Below are positions 46,966 to 57,017 of a stretch of 64,000 nucleotides of DNA, one piece after another. The notes below the pieces were generated by a model. That model was not told the origin of the DNA. It made no database searches and saw nothing but the letters and a program-made list of their open reading frames with translations. Both the position numbers and the translations under genes were made by a program. Source of the DNA: Nitrogeniibacter aestuarii (GTDB lineage Bacteria; Pseudomonadota; Gammaproteobacteria; Burkholderiales; Rhodocyclaceae); the NCBI RefSeq assembly GCF_017309585.1, contig NZ_CP071321.1, positions 156,335 to 220,334 of the forward strand, given 5' to 3'. The number at the start of each line of letters is the position of its first letter. Within the stretch, counting starts at the first letter, position 1.

Positions 46966-49014
46966 ATGACATTCGATTCGCTCTCGCGACCCGCCCGACG
47001 CACCGTTTCCGATCTCTCTTCCATGCACACGTACGATGAAAACGCCTTGCGTGCCCAGTTGCTGTCCACCCATTCCAAGGCCTTCGCCGAAGGTGTGGCC
47101 AGCCTGAGTGCGGTGATCCGTCAAGGTGTACCGGTGTCTGCCCGTCTTGTGGCCGACGCGCTGGCGGTGCGAGTTGGGGATGCTGCGGGTCGCATGGACA
47201 TCCTCGGGGCGCTGCGCCATGTGCCATCCGACGCGGCTGTCCTCGATCTGGTGGATGCCACCTGGCGTCAGGCACTGGCCGAGGACGATGACCCCCGGGT
47301 CAGAGCGCGCGCAGCAGAGTATCTGGCCGAGTCGCCGCGAAGTGGACGCCTTCCGTTGCTCAATGCGCTGGGTGGGGACCCCGATCCCGACGTGCGCCTG
47401 AGTGCGGCCCGGGCGCTGAGCGTGTTCTCCACGCCTGCCCAGCTTGAGCATCTGATGATGCTGTACCGGGAAGAGTCCGACCAGCGTGTGCGCTCGGGGA
47501 TCATTCCCCTGCTGGCGCAGACACGGGATGAAACCGTACTGCCCATCCTCGCCAAGGCCATCGAGGATGAAACACTTCGGCCGGCCGTGCTCGAAGCCCT
47601 GCAGGAACACTTCAGTTTCGACGACTTGCTTGCGACTGAAGGCGAGATCGGTGGTGCCAGTCTCGGCCAGCGGCTGCAGGGTTTCATCGGTTTCGGTCCC
47701 GTGGGCTGCGCCAGGCGCCTGGTCGACCGGGTGCGCTCGATCATGAGTGCAGATCCCGAGCCGCGACACCGTGCGCTGGCGACCGCATGCATGCATTACT
47801 TCGATGTGGCCGCACCCGACGTACTCAGGGCGCTGAACGACGTTGCGCTCGAGGTGCGTCGCGCGGCACTGGAAGTCCTCACCACCATCGATTGCCCCGG
47901 TGCCTCGCCCGTGCTGAAGGCCATGTATGCGCGCGATCGCGGTTTGCGGCGCGAGATCCTGGCCGCATTGGGGCAGCAGCGCGAGGCTTCGGTGGTGAGC
48001 TTTCTGGGCGAGGCATACCGCAGTTCGCCCGATGACGACGAGGCCCGGCTTGGTGCCATCGAAGGGCTGGCTGATCTGGGTATGGCCGAGGGCCTCCCGA
48101 TCCTGGCGCTCGCCATGGGGGACGCGTCCGGCTGGAACCGGAACTCGGCGGCGGCCGGTATCTGGAAAGTCTTGACCTTTCTCGATCTGCCGCCCGACGT
48201 GGACGTCATCTCCACCGTGGTGGAGGCACTGGTGCCCGCCCTGCGCGATGCGCATCCGCACGTGGCCCACCATGCGGCACGTGCGCTGGGTGTCACCGCC
48301 AGCGAGGTCGCGGCGCGCCACCTGATCGAGGCGCTCGCTCGCACGGGAGACGAACTGGCCGGTGAAATTTTCCTGTCGCTCGGCGAACTCCAGTCCCGGG
48401 CGGCGCTGCCGCAGCTTTTGTCGGTTCGGCCAGGCGTCTCGTTCCGGCTGCTCGAATCGGCGCTCACGGCCTTGAGCCGGTATGAAGACCCGGGCTTGCT
48501 GCCCGCGTTGATCGAGCGCGTGTCCTGGCCCGCGGCCGGACTGGGGGCCCGAGAGCATCTCATCGATCGCATCATGCTCATGGGTGGCCCCGAGGCGCGC
48601 AACTGTCTGATCCGCTGTCTGGATGACGATGACGAATTCGTGCGCGAGCGGGCGGCAAGCGCGCTGGAAGGTTACGAGCATCCGGACGTGATCCGCGCGC
48701 TCGCCGCGCGTCTGCAGGATGCGGCAGAGACGGAAGACGTACAGATTGCAGCCGCGCGAAGCCTGTCGAGCATGCGCGTGACGGGCACACTCGAGGCCCT
48801 CAAGCCGTTGCTCGACTCGCCCCTGCCGCGCGTGCGTCGAGGGGCCTTGCTCGCGATCGCAAGCATTCCGGGCCCGGCCCGGCTGCGAGCCATCGACCGG
48901 GCGCTGGATGATGAAGATGAAAGCGTTCGCGAGACGGCCATCGAAATCGGCGAGATGCTCGCCGAGGATGAGGATGCGACCTTCTTCCATTGGGGATCGG
49001 TGCGATACGAGTGA
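46966..49014 (+). CDS. HEAT/PBS-lyase-like repeat protein
   Basis: Repeated helical units with DPDVRLSAARALS and DPRVRARAAEYL-type motifs over ~680 aa. Start chosen at MTFDS (46966) after the M23 stop. Confidence 0.6.
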   Translation: MTFDSLSRPARRTVSDLSSMHTYDENALRAQLLSTHSKAFAEGVASLSAVIRQGVPVSARLVADALAVRVGDAAGRMDILGALRHVPSDAAVLDLVDATWRQALAEDDDPRVRARAAEYLAESPRSGRLPLLNALGGDPDPDVRLSAARALSVFSTPAQLEHLMMLYREESDQRVRSGIIPLLAQTRDETVLPILAKAIEDETLRPAVLEALQEHFSFDDLLATEGEIGGASLGQRLQGFIGFGPVGCARRLVDRVRSIMSADPEPRHRALATACMHYFDVAAPDVLRALNDVALEVRRAALEVLTTIDCPGASPVLKAMYARDRGLRREILAALGQQREASVVSFLGEAYRSSPDDDEARLGAIEGLADLGMAEGLPILALAMGDASGWNRNSAAAGIWKVLTFLDLPPDVDVISTVVEALVPALRDAHPHVAHHAARALGVTASEVAARHLIEALARTGDELAGEIFLSLGELQSRAALPQLLSVRPGVSFRLLESALTALSRYEDPGLLPALIERVSWPAAGLGAREHLIDRIMLMGGPEARNCLIRCLDDDDEFVRERAASALEGYEHPDVIRALAARLQDAAETEDVQIAAARSLSSMRVTGTLEALKPLLDSPLPRVRRGALLAIASIPGPARLRAIDRALDDEDESVRETAIEIGEMLAEDEDATFFHWGSVRYE

Positions 49015-49051
49015 GTGTGTGGCGCGTCTGACGGCGGCAATCGGAGAATCC

Positions 49052-49645
49052 ATGAAACCTGGTGCGAGAACATTGTTGTGCGTGACACTGGCTGTGACCT
49101 TGAACGCTCAGGCCGGGGTCACGCCGCAAGCACTGTCCGAGGCCGCCATAACGCGTACGCAGCATGTGGTGAAGTACGACGGCAGCTACCGTTCGATTGC
49201 CTACCCCAACGGGGATGTGCCCGCCGGGACCGGCGTGTGCACCGATGTCGTCATCCGCAGTTACCGCGCCCTGGGCATCGACCTGCAACAGCAGGTGCAC
49301 GAGGACATGCGGGCCCATTTTTCGCGCTACCCGTCGAAGCGACTCTGGGGGCTGACTCGCACCGATACCAATATCGATCATCGTCGTGTGCCCAATCTTC
49401 AGGTGTTCTTCAGCCGGCACGGGCAGGCCTTGCCGAGCTCGCACAACGCGGCGGACTATGCGGCCGGCGACATCGTTACCTGGATGCTGCCGGGCAACCT
49501 GCCCCACATCGGCATCGTGACCGATCAGATCGATCCGGCGAGCGGGACACCGAAAGTGGTGCACAACATCGGCGCAGGGCCCCAACTCGACACCGTCCTG
49601 TTCGCGTGGCCAGTCACCGGGCACTATCGATACATGCCGAAGTGA
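49052..49645 (+). CDS. DUF1287-family secreted protein
   Basis: Signal peptide. YDGSYRSIAYPNGDVPAGTGVCTDVVIRSYRALGIDLQ core typical of DUF1287. RBS GGAGAATCCATG. Confidence 0.65.
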   Translation: MKPGARTLLCVTLAVTLNAQAGVTPQALSEAAITRTQHVVKYDGSYRSIAYPNGDVPAGTGVCTDVVIRSYRALGIDLQQQVHEDMRAHFSRYPSKRLWGLTRTDTNIDHRRVPNLQVFFSRHGQALPSSHNAADYAAGDIVTWMLPGNLPHIGIVTDQIDPASGTPKVVHNIGAGPQLDTVLFAWPVTGHYRYMPK

Positions 49646-49872
49646 GCGGCTATCCGGCCGGAGGGCGACATACCGGCCGGAAAACGCGCTGCACGCAAGA
49701 CGCTCCACCCCCGCAGATGGTGACCTGATCACGGTGTTTGAAACAAAAGTATGACTTGCGAGGCTGTTCTGCGAAATCTGCCCGGGCCTTCGGCCGAAGA
49801 GGCTGGTAGATTTCCGGGGTATCGCTGACGGAGATCGGCGACATTTCGAGAACAGACAGTGAATCAACCCTG

Positions 49873-50451
49873 ATGAGCAACATGCTGAACGTGCGCGAGG
49901 CCATCGCCTGCATCAAGGTCGGCGCGCCCGACATGGACGGCGACGCCGCCCTGCATCTGACCGGAGACGATGCCCCGGTCCTGACGCCCCTCGGGGCCAA
50001 CATGAATATCGCCTATCTGGTCGATGATGGTGCTTCGCTCGTCTATGTGCAGGCGCGCCACCTGGACCAGCTCGACGGTCGCCGTGACCGCCTGGCCCGG
50101 CTTGGCTTGCGCAATCTGATGAAGCTGGCCGGAGAGCGCATGAAAGTGCGCACCTACAACAACATCTATGCGGTTTTTCTGGATGGCCACTTCGAGGCCA
50201 GCCTGACCCTGCTCAACGAGCTCTGGGACGAAACGCTGGCGGGCATGGTCCCCAACGGGCCGATCGTGGCCATGCCGACCCGCGATGTGCTCGCGTTCTG
50301 CGATGCAGAGTCCCGTCAGGGCATTGCCGAATTGCAGGACATGGTCGCGCGCGTGTGGCGCGACGGCACCCCGGATCACGCCCTCAGTCGCGATCTGTTC
50401 TATCGAACCGAACAGCGCTGGAAAACGATGCGATCGGCGAGCATGCGCTAA
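49873..50451 (+). CDS. hypothetical protein (192 aa)
   Basis: Clean ORF with typical codon bias. No motif assignable. Confidence 0.5.
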   Translation: MSNMLNVREAIACIKVGAPDMDGDAALHLTGDDAPVLTPLGANMNIAYLVDDGASLVYVQARHLDQLDGRRDRLARLGLRNLMKLAGERMKVRTYNNIYAVFLDGHFEASLTLLNELWDETLAGMVPNGPIVAMPTRDVLAFCDAESRQGIAELQDMVARVWRDGTPDHALSRDLFYRTEQRWKTMRSASMR

Positions 50452-50543
50452 GGCGCGCAGCGGCCGCGCTTTCAGCGCGGAATCAGGGTTAATTCGCAGA
50501 CGCCGGTGCCGATATGTTTCATCGAGACCCTTTGGAAATCACG

Positions 50544-52160
50544 ATGAAACTCACCGTCAAAACGCAGATGATGACCACCCTTGGTGTGGTGACGAGCTTG
50601 CTGGCCTTGCTGCTGCTCATTACTTTCAACATGGCGGGCGAGGCGGAGCGCCAGACGCAACTGCAGGCAGAGCACGCTCAGGCGGCCGACGCCGTTCAGG
50701 AATTCCGCTATCGGGTCGCACAGGTACAGCAGTTCCTTACCGATGTGAGCGCTACAGGCGACGAAGCGGGGTATCAGGAATCGTCGGAACACTACGCCGC
50801 CGGACTCGCTGCCCTGGGCGCGCTCGAAACGGCGCGGCCGGCCTTGGCTGCCTCAATCACTGACGTCCGTCGTCGATTTGCCAGTTTTGATGAGGTCGGG
50901 CGTCAGATGGCAGCGGCCTATGTGTCTCAAGGGCGCGAAGCCGGCAATACGTTGATGAAGATGCCGGACTCCGGTTTCGACGCCCGCGCGAGCGCTCTGG
51001 TTGAAGCGATGAGCCCCCTCATCGAGAGCATCGAACGTGATCGCAAGAACGCCCGGCAGCTCTTCGCTGACGAGGTTCACCTCGGCGCAATGGCTGTTCT
51101 GGCGCTTGAACTGGTGATTCTGGCAGCGGCCGGGGGCATGCTCTGGCATCTGGCCGTGCGGGTCTTCCGTAATCTCGGCGGAGAGCCCGAGGCCGCACGC
51201 GAGATCGCCGACCGTATTGCCAATGGTGATCTGAGCCAAGATCTGTCCAACGATCGTGCCCCGGCGGGTTCCCTGATGGCTTCCATGGCCCGGATGCAGG
51301 CGCGCCTGCGTGATTTTGTGGGGACCACGAATCAGGCCATCCAGAACGTGAATGACGTGTCTACATCGCTTTCGGCGGCGGGGTCGCACCTGAAGGGCTC
51401 AGCCCACGATGCCAGTGGCGCCACGTCGGCCATGGCAGCGACGGTGTCGCAGCTGGCCGGCAACCTGGAGGAAATTGCGACCAATGCCAATGGGGCGCGG
51501 GACACCAGTGAAAGCTCCGGCCGTCTGGCAGATGAAGGCAGAAATCTCATGAGCCATACTGCGGCCGACATGGGGCGAATCGAGCAGGCCACCAACGAAG
51601 CTGCCCAAGGGCTGGCACGACTGGGACAGGCGTCTGACAGCATCAGCCGGGTCATCGACATGATTCGCGAGGTGGCCGACCAGACCAACTTGTTGGCATT
51701 GAATGCGGCCATCGAAGCAGCACGAGCCGGCGAATCGGGGCGCGGCTTTGCGGTGGTGGCGGACGAAGTGCGCAAGCTTGCCGAACGCACCGCATCGTCC
51801 ACCAACGAAATCCAGGCCTTGGTGAGCGAAGTACGGGGGACCTCGGAGGCGGCCATTGCCACCATCGGTGACGTGGTCGGTCGCGTCAACGAAGGCGCCG
51901 GTCGCGCGCGCGCAGCGGACGAAACCATGGCGAGTATTCACGCGCAAACCCAGCAGGTGGTACGTATGGTGACGAGCATCAGCCAGTCACTGGGTGAGCA
52001 GGAGGTTGCCCATACCGATCTGGTGCGTCGTATGAGCGCACTGGCGGGCAACTCGGAGCTCAACAGTGAAGCCGCGGGTGATCTGGCGAATCATGCCGCT
52101 CGCATGCAGAGTCTGTCGCTCGAGCTCAAGCAAACGGTCGCGTGGATGCACGTACGTTGA
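50544..52160 (+). CDS. methyl-accepting chemotaxis protein
   Basis: N-terminal TM plus periplasmic region. HAMP domain. Conserved MA signalling domain ([36 protein letters not shown]). Confidence 0.85.
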   Translation: MKLTVKTQMMTTLGVVTSLLALLLLITFNMAGEAERQTQLQAEHAQAADAVQEFRYRVAQVQQFLTDVSATGDEAGYQESSEHYAAGLAALGALETARPALAASITDVRRRFASFDEVGRQMAAAYVSQGREAGNTLMKMPDSGFDARASALVEAMSPLIESIERDRKNARQLFADEVHLGAMAVLALELVILAAAGGMLWHLAVRVFRNLGGEPEAAREIADRIANGDLSQDLSNDRAPAGSLMASMARMQARLRDFVGTTNQAIQNVNDVSTSLSAAGSHLKGSAHDASGATSAMAATVSQLAGNLEEIATNANGARDTSESSGRLADEGRNLMSHTAADMGRIEQATNEAAQGLARLGQASDSISRVIDMIREVADQTNLLALNAAIEAARAGESGRGFAVVADEVRKLAERTASSTNEIQALVSEVRGTSEAAIATIGDVVGRVNEGAGRARAADETMASIHAQTQQVVRMVTSISQSLGEQEVAHTDLVRRMSALAGNSELNSEAAGDLANHAARMQSLSLELKQTVAWMHVR

Positions 52161-52492
52161 GGTACAGACCCGATGGGGCAGCCGCGCCCAGCGCGTCAGT
52201 TGCGGGGTGATCGACAGGTTTTCCCGACCTCGCCGTCAGGCGTCATCACCGAGCCCCAGGCTGCGCCGAGCCGCCACGCAGCCCGCACGGCCCAGACTGC
52301 CAGGACGGCCGCAAGTGCTTCAGGGTGAAGGCCGGTATCGTCCGGTGAAGTAACGTTGCCGGGCGGTAGGGGGCGATTTGCCTGTTTGCGCTTGAGTCGG
52401 TTGCGGCGCAAGCAACATGCCGGCAAGCCCTTGCAAATCCAGATCTTGATCTGTCAAGCCACAAACGCGCCGGGCGGCCGGCGGGCTGCCCG

Positions 52493-53614
52493 TCAGGCCT
52501 GCGCGCTCGCCTGCGCGTGGATGGCGTTCGCGGACTCGGGATCAGCCGGAGACACTGACGCATGGAGCACCGGTGTCGACAGATCGATGCCATGCGCGCG
52601 CGCCCCGGCGATGAGTGCGGCCAGCACACGTTGCCGGGTGCTGAGTACCCGTCGTACGTCCTTGGTGTAGTAGAACACCGTCCACTCCACCGCGAAGTCG
52701 CCGGCGTCCGTGGCGCGCAGCTCCGGCGGGGCCTTGTGCTCCACGGGCAGATCCTTGTCCGCAGCCAGTTCGGTGAAGACCGCATCCACATAGGCCTGCA
52801 TCGCTTCCTGCGGGGTGTCGTAGCCCACCTTCAGCTTGATCGCCTCACGCAGGCCCTTGGCCGACGCGAACTTCGACAGGTTGTGGATGGTGGTGCCGCG
52901 CAAGGTGGCATTGCTGATCATGGTGCGGTGGTTGTTGGCCAGGTTCAGCAGTTCGGAATGGAATATCTTGGTCTTGAACACGGTGGCCACCGTCGGGTCG
53001 GTTTCGCCCAGCTCGATCACGTCGCCTTCCTCGACCAGTCGGCTGTTGAGAATCACCAGCCCGCTGATGATGTCCGGCGCCCAGGCGCCCTGGGTGAGGG
53101 CCAGAATCACACCGAAGAAGCCGATTACGCCACCCGCCTCGAGCAGGCTGTGAAAGCCCATGATCTGCACTTCGGCAATGAGCACCACCACGAACAGCAG
53201 AATGCTCGAGAGCAACCCGAGCAGGCGGGTGTTGTAGGTCTCGACCCAGACCGTGTTGCCGTTGACCTCCCGCTTCTTGCCGAAGCGCCGCTTGATGAGA
53301 AAGTTGGCCAGGTGGGCCGTGAGATACCCCAGGAACGCCACCAGCACCGCGGCCAGCAGTCGTGTCATCCACGAATGCGACGCCACCGGCAGCACCAGCG
53401 CATTGAACACCACCAGCATCAGCACCAGCACGTTGGCGGCGCGAAAGTAATGCAGCTTGCTGGCAAAGCCCTCGTCAGACACCGGCTTGTTGCTCAAGCG
53501 GGCGAGGATGGGCCGCGAGAAGACGAGAAGCAGGATGTTGGCGACGATCAACCCCAGCTCGATGCTGGAGAAGGCGTCTGCCAGCGGGGGCAGGGAGAAG
53601 CCGAGAACGTTCAT
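52493..53614 (-). CDS. MscS-family mechanosensitive channel
   Basis: Three N-terminal TM helices and the conserved MscS beta-domain (GDVIELGETDPTVATVFKTKI..HRTMISN). Confidence 0.8.
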   Translation of the reverse strand: MNVLGFSLPPLADAFSSIELGLIVANILLLVFSRPILARLSNKPVSDEGFASKLHYFRAANVLVLMLVVFNALVLPVASHSWMTRLLAAVLVAFLGYLTAHLANFLIKRRFGKKREVNGNTVWVETYNTRLLGLLSSILLFVVVLIAEVQIMGFHSLLEAGGVIGFFGVILALTQGAWAPDIISGLVILNSRLVEEGDVIELGETDPTVATVFKTKIFHSELLNLANNHRTMISNATLRGTTIHNLSKFASAKGLREAIKLKVGYDTPQEAMQAYVDAVFTELAADKDLPVEHKAPPELRATDAGDFAVEWTVFYYTKDVRRVLSTRQRVLAALIAGARAHGIDLSTPVLHASVSPADPESANAIHAQASAQA

Positions 53615-53789
53615 GACAGGTGGGGGCGACACGTTGGACCGGCCGTCATGCTCGCACACTCCGGGCGCTGCCGGGCACCTAGGACGATGTTTCCATTGCC
53701 GATGGCATGAATTCGTGATGTTCTATGCCGGCGCGATGTGCAGCCTGCCCATCGCCATGCCCTTGTCGCCGGTTCAACAGGAGTTTTTC

Positions 53790-54488
53790 ATGATCTCACG
53801 CCCCTTCCGCTTCAACACCCTGCGGGCCGCGCTGGCCGCGTCCGCCTTGCTGACCCTCAGCATGCCCGCCTCGGCACTTGACACGTATTTTCTGAACATC
53901 GATTCGATCAAGGGCGGCAGCGTGATCGAAGGCCACGAGGAGGCGATCGACATCCAGTCTTTCAACTGGGGTGTGTCGGTCAGCGCTGACGGGGCCGGCG
54001 GACGCACCACCGCGCGCCCGGTCTTCAGCGATTTCCTGTGGACTCAGACGGCGGACGTCTCCACCCCCATGCTGTTCCAGGCGGTCTCCGCAGGCAGGGC
54101 TCTGCCCAAGGCCACCTTCGAAGCGGTACGCACGCTCGGCGGCGGGCTTGAGACCTACTTCCAGATGGAATTCGACAAGGTGATCATCACCTCCATGTCC
54201 CTCGGCGGCAGTTCCGGCGGCGCGGTCAGTGTGGTGGGCAGTTTCGCCTATCAGGCCGTCACCATGACCTACTGGGGCATGGACCCGAGGACCGGGGCGA
54301 CGGGGACGCCGGTGAGCGCCACCTACAACCTGGAAACCGGCCAGGGCGATCTGGCGGCGTTGTCGGGCATCTATTCGGCCGCCCTGATCGGCGCGCCCGT
54401 GGTGGCAGTGCCGGAGCCGCAGACCTACGCCATGCTGCTGGCCGGTCTCGGGCTGGTGTCCCTGGTGGCGCGGCGGCGGAAGCGCTGA
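53790..54488 (+). CDS. Hcp-fold (T6SS tube protein-like) domain protein with Sec signal peptide and C-terminal PEP-CTERM anchor
   Basis: Signal peptide (AALAASALLTLSMPASA). Hcp signature FLNIDSIKGGSVIEGHEEAIDIQSFNWGVSVS, plus FSDFLWTQTADVSTPMLFQAVSAGRALPKATF and YQAVTMTYWG segments collinear with Hcp1. C-terminal VPEPQTYAMLLAGLGLVSLVARRRKR. Confidence 0.75.
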   Translation: MISRPFRFNTLRAALAASALLTLSMPASALDTYFLNIDSIKGGSVIEGHEEAIDIQSFNWGVSVSADGAGGRTTARPVFSDFLWTQTADVSTPMLFQAVSAGRALPKATFEAVRTLGGGLETYFQMEFDKVIITSMSLGGSSGGAVSVVGSFAYQAVTMTYWGMDPRTGATGTPVSATYNLETGQGDLAALSGIYSAALIGAPVVAVPEPQTYAMLLAGLGLVSLVARRRKR

Positions 54489-54585
54489 GCGCATTGTGAC
54501 AACGCCCGGCCGGAGCCGGGCGCATTCTAGGGTGCCGAACATGATGGTCAATCCGGCATGGCGATTGCCTCGTGTGCCGGGGCGT

Positions 54586-55185
54586 TTAGCCGGGCAGTGC
54601 GTCCGCGGTCGGGACGACGCGGGCAAACAGATCGCCGAGCGCGGCGAGGCTTGCCTGCTGCAGGAGTGCCGCCGGCACGGTCTGGCCGTCCGGCCCCGGC
54701 AGGTCGCGGGTCGCGGTGGCCGTGGCAACGACGATCGGGTTCAGCCCGAGATTGAAGGCGCCGCGGGCCGTCGAGTTGATGCACATGTGGGTCATGAAAC
54801 CCACGATGATCACGTCCTTGCGGCCGATTTCGGCAATGTGTTTCTCGAGGTCGGTACCGATGAACGCGTTGGGCAGATGCTTGACGATGACCGGTTCGCC
54901 TGCTCCGGGCGCCACGGGGTCGGCAATGGCGCCGATGCGCTCGCGGATATCGTAGGGGCTGCCGGGGCCGGCATCGTGCTGGATGTGGAACACCGGGCAG
55001 TCCAGGGCGCGGGCACGCTGGAGCACATGGGCCGCTTCGGCCAGCGCGTCCTCGACGCCCGCCAGCTGCATCAGGCCTTCGCGGTAGGTTTGCTGACAGT
55101 CCACCAGAACGAGGGCGCAATCGCCCAGGGCAGGGATGGCGTCGGGCAGGCCGGCAACGTTGCGAAGGGTGGTGAGCTTGGTCAT
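54586..55185 (-). CDS. isochorismatase-family cysteine hydrolase
   Basis: Conserved catalytic layout: D...K...C (VIIVGFMTHMCINSTARGA). Confidence 0.8.
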   Translation of the reverse strand: MTKLTTLRNVAGLPDAIPALGDCALVLVDCQQTYREGLMQLAGVEDALAEAAHVLQRARALDCPVFHIQHDAGPGSPYDIRERIGAIADPVAPGAGEPVIVKHLPNAFIGTDLEKHIAEIGRKDVIIVGFMTHMCINSTARGAFNLGLNPIVVATATATRDLPGPDGQTVPAALLQQASLAALGDLFARVVPTADALPG

Positions 55186-55238
55186 GATGTGTTCCCTGAT
55201 TTCAGAATGTGGTGTGACACACCCTAACGCGTGAGGAT

Positions 55239-56168
55239 GTGATTTCGATGGGCATCCATGCAGGACAGCCCGGCAGCGATGCAGCCTGTTTCGACTGGAA
55301 CGAAGTGCGCTTCGTGCTCGCCATCGCGCGCGCCGGCTCGATGGTCGACGCCAGTACCGTGCTCGGGGTCGATCAGACCACGGTGTCCCGACGCCTGCGC
55401 GGCCTGGAGCAGGCGCTGGGCACGCCGCTGTTCGAACGCCATCGTGGCCGCATGCGTCCGACCGGCGCCGGCCTGCAGGTGATCGAGCACGGTTCGCGCA
55501 TCGAGCGTGAGATGGTCGCGATCCACCACGTGGTGGCAGACACCGATGCCCAGGTGCGCGGCGTGACCCGGGTGACTGCCGTCGACACGCTGGTGACCCA
55601 TTACCTGTCTGGCCTGGTGGGGCCGGCCCGATGCGCCCTGCCGACGCTCTCCATCGAACTCATCGCCACCAATCACAATCTCGACCTTGCCCGGCGAGAG
55701 GCCGACATTGCCATCCGCCTGGCCCGTCCGACCGAGGGTGATCTGGTGGCGCGGCGTCTGGGCGAACTGGGCATGGGCGTTTTCGGCCGTGCCGACCGCG
55801 TGGGCGACAGCCTCTGCTTCGATCCCGAGGTCCCCTGGCTGACCTACGACCGGGACATGATGTCGCTGCCCGAGATGGCCTGGCTGGCGCAGCGCATCCG
55901 GCCGTCGGCGGTGGTCTTCCGCAGCAACTGCATCGACGCCCTCGCGCGAGCCGCTGTGGATGGTGTGGGTCTGGCCGTGCTGCCCCGTGTGGTCGGCGCC
56001 GCGCATCCGGCCTTGCGCTGCATGCCCTTCGCCGTGCCCGGTCGTGACATCTGGATGGTCATCGCACGCGAATTGCGCGACTTGCCTCGCGTGCGCGTTC
56101 TGGCCGACTGGCTGGTCCAGCGTTTCGCGGCGGACGACCTGTGGCTTCGCGACGGGCTGAGACGATGA
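55239..56168 (+). CDS. LysR-family transcriptional regulator
   Basis: N-terminal HTH (VRFVLAIARAGSMVDASTVLGVDQTTVSRRLRGLEQALGTPLFER). LysR substrate-binding fold. Divergent from the isochorismatase gene. Confidence 0.8.
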   Translation: MISMGIHAGQPGSDAACFDWNEVRFVLAIARAGSMVDASTVLGVDQTTVSRRLRGLEQALGTPLFERHRGRMRPTGAGLQVIEHGSRIEREMVAIHHVVADTDAQVRGVTRVTAVDTLVTHYLSGLVGPARCALPTLSIELIATNHNLDLARREADIAIRLARPTEGDLVARRLGELGMGVFGRADRVGDSLCFDPEVPWLTYDRDMMSLPEMAWLAQRIRPSAVVFRSNCIDALARAAVDGVGLAVLPRVVGAAHPALRCMPFAVPGRDIWMVIARELRDLPRVRVLADWLVQRFAADDLWLRDGLRR

Positions 56169-56869
56169 GCGCCCGCGCCCGGCTTGGCGGGCTGTGTCTG
56201 ATCGCTTCCCTCGCCGCCTGTACCACGGCGACGCCTGATGCGCCGGGTCAGGCACAGGCACCCGTCGGTCCCGTCCTGTCGGCACCGGAGGCCGCGCGGT
56301 CGTATGCGGTCGACCCGCAGGCCAGCCGCATTCGCTTCATTGTTCGCCGGGGTGGCAGCCTGGCCCGACTGGGGCATAACCATGTGATCATGGCCCGGCA
56401 GATCAAGGGGGTGATCCGGTCGGCGGATTCGCCACAGCGCTCCACCGTCGAACTCAGCCTGCCGGTGAGCGGTTTCGAGGTCGATCCGCCGGACGAGCGC
56501 GCCGCGCTGGGCGAAGGCTTCGGCCCGGTGTCCGAGGCGGCCGTGGCGGGCACACGCAAGAACATGCTCGGTGACAAGGTGCTGGAGGCCGCCCGCTTCC
56601 CGGTCGTCACCATCGAGACGGTGCGCGTTGTGCCGAAGGCATCCGATTGGGACATCACGGTCCGGATCACGCTGCACGGGGTCGCGCGCGACCTCACGGT
56701 GCCGGTGCAGGTGACTCGGGACGGGGCGATGTTGCGCGCACGCGCCGAATTTTCGGTTCGTCAGCGTGATTTCGGCATCACGCCGCTGTCGGTGCTGGGC
56801 GGCGCCCTGCAGGTTGAAGACGAGGTGGCGGTGAGCATGTCGCTGGTGGCCCTGGCCGACGACGCCTGA
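56165..56869 (+). CDS. YceI-like periplasmic/lipoprotein domain protein
   Basis: Lipobox (LIASLAAC). YceI core (SRIRFIV...LGHNHV). ATGA overlap with the LysR gene. Confidence 0.75.
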   Translation: MSARARLGGLCLIASLAACTTATPDAPGQAQAPVGPVLSAPEAARSYAVDPQASRIRFIVRRGGSLARLGHNHVIMARQIKGVIRSADSPQRSTVELSLPVSGFEVDPPDERAALGEGFGPVSEAAVAGTRKNMLGDKVLEAARFPVVTIETVRVVPKASDWDITVRITLHGVARDLTVPVQVTRDGAMLRARAEFSVRQRDFGITPLSVLGGALQVEDEVAVSMSLVALADDA

Positions 56870-56946
56870 GTCGCCCCTGCGACAATCCGTCTCTGTGCGG
56901 CGTGTCGCGCAACGGCTAGGCTACGCACACCTCTTTTGATTGCTTT

Positions 56947-56973
56947 CGCGCCCCGGTCTGGGGCGCTTTTTTT
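56947..56973 (+). terminator. Rho-independent terminator
   Basis: GCGCCCCGGTCTGGGGCGC followed by T8. Confidence 0.65.
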
Positions 56974-57017
56974 TGGGGCGTCGCAACGGGGGCGCGGGCC
57001 CGTCATAGAATCGCGGC

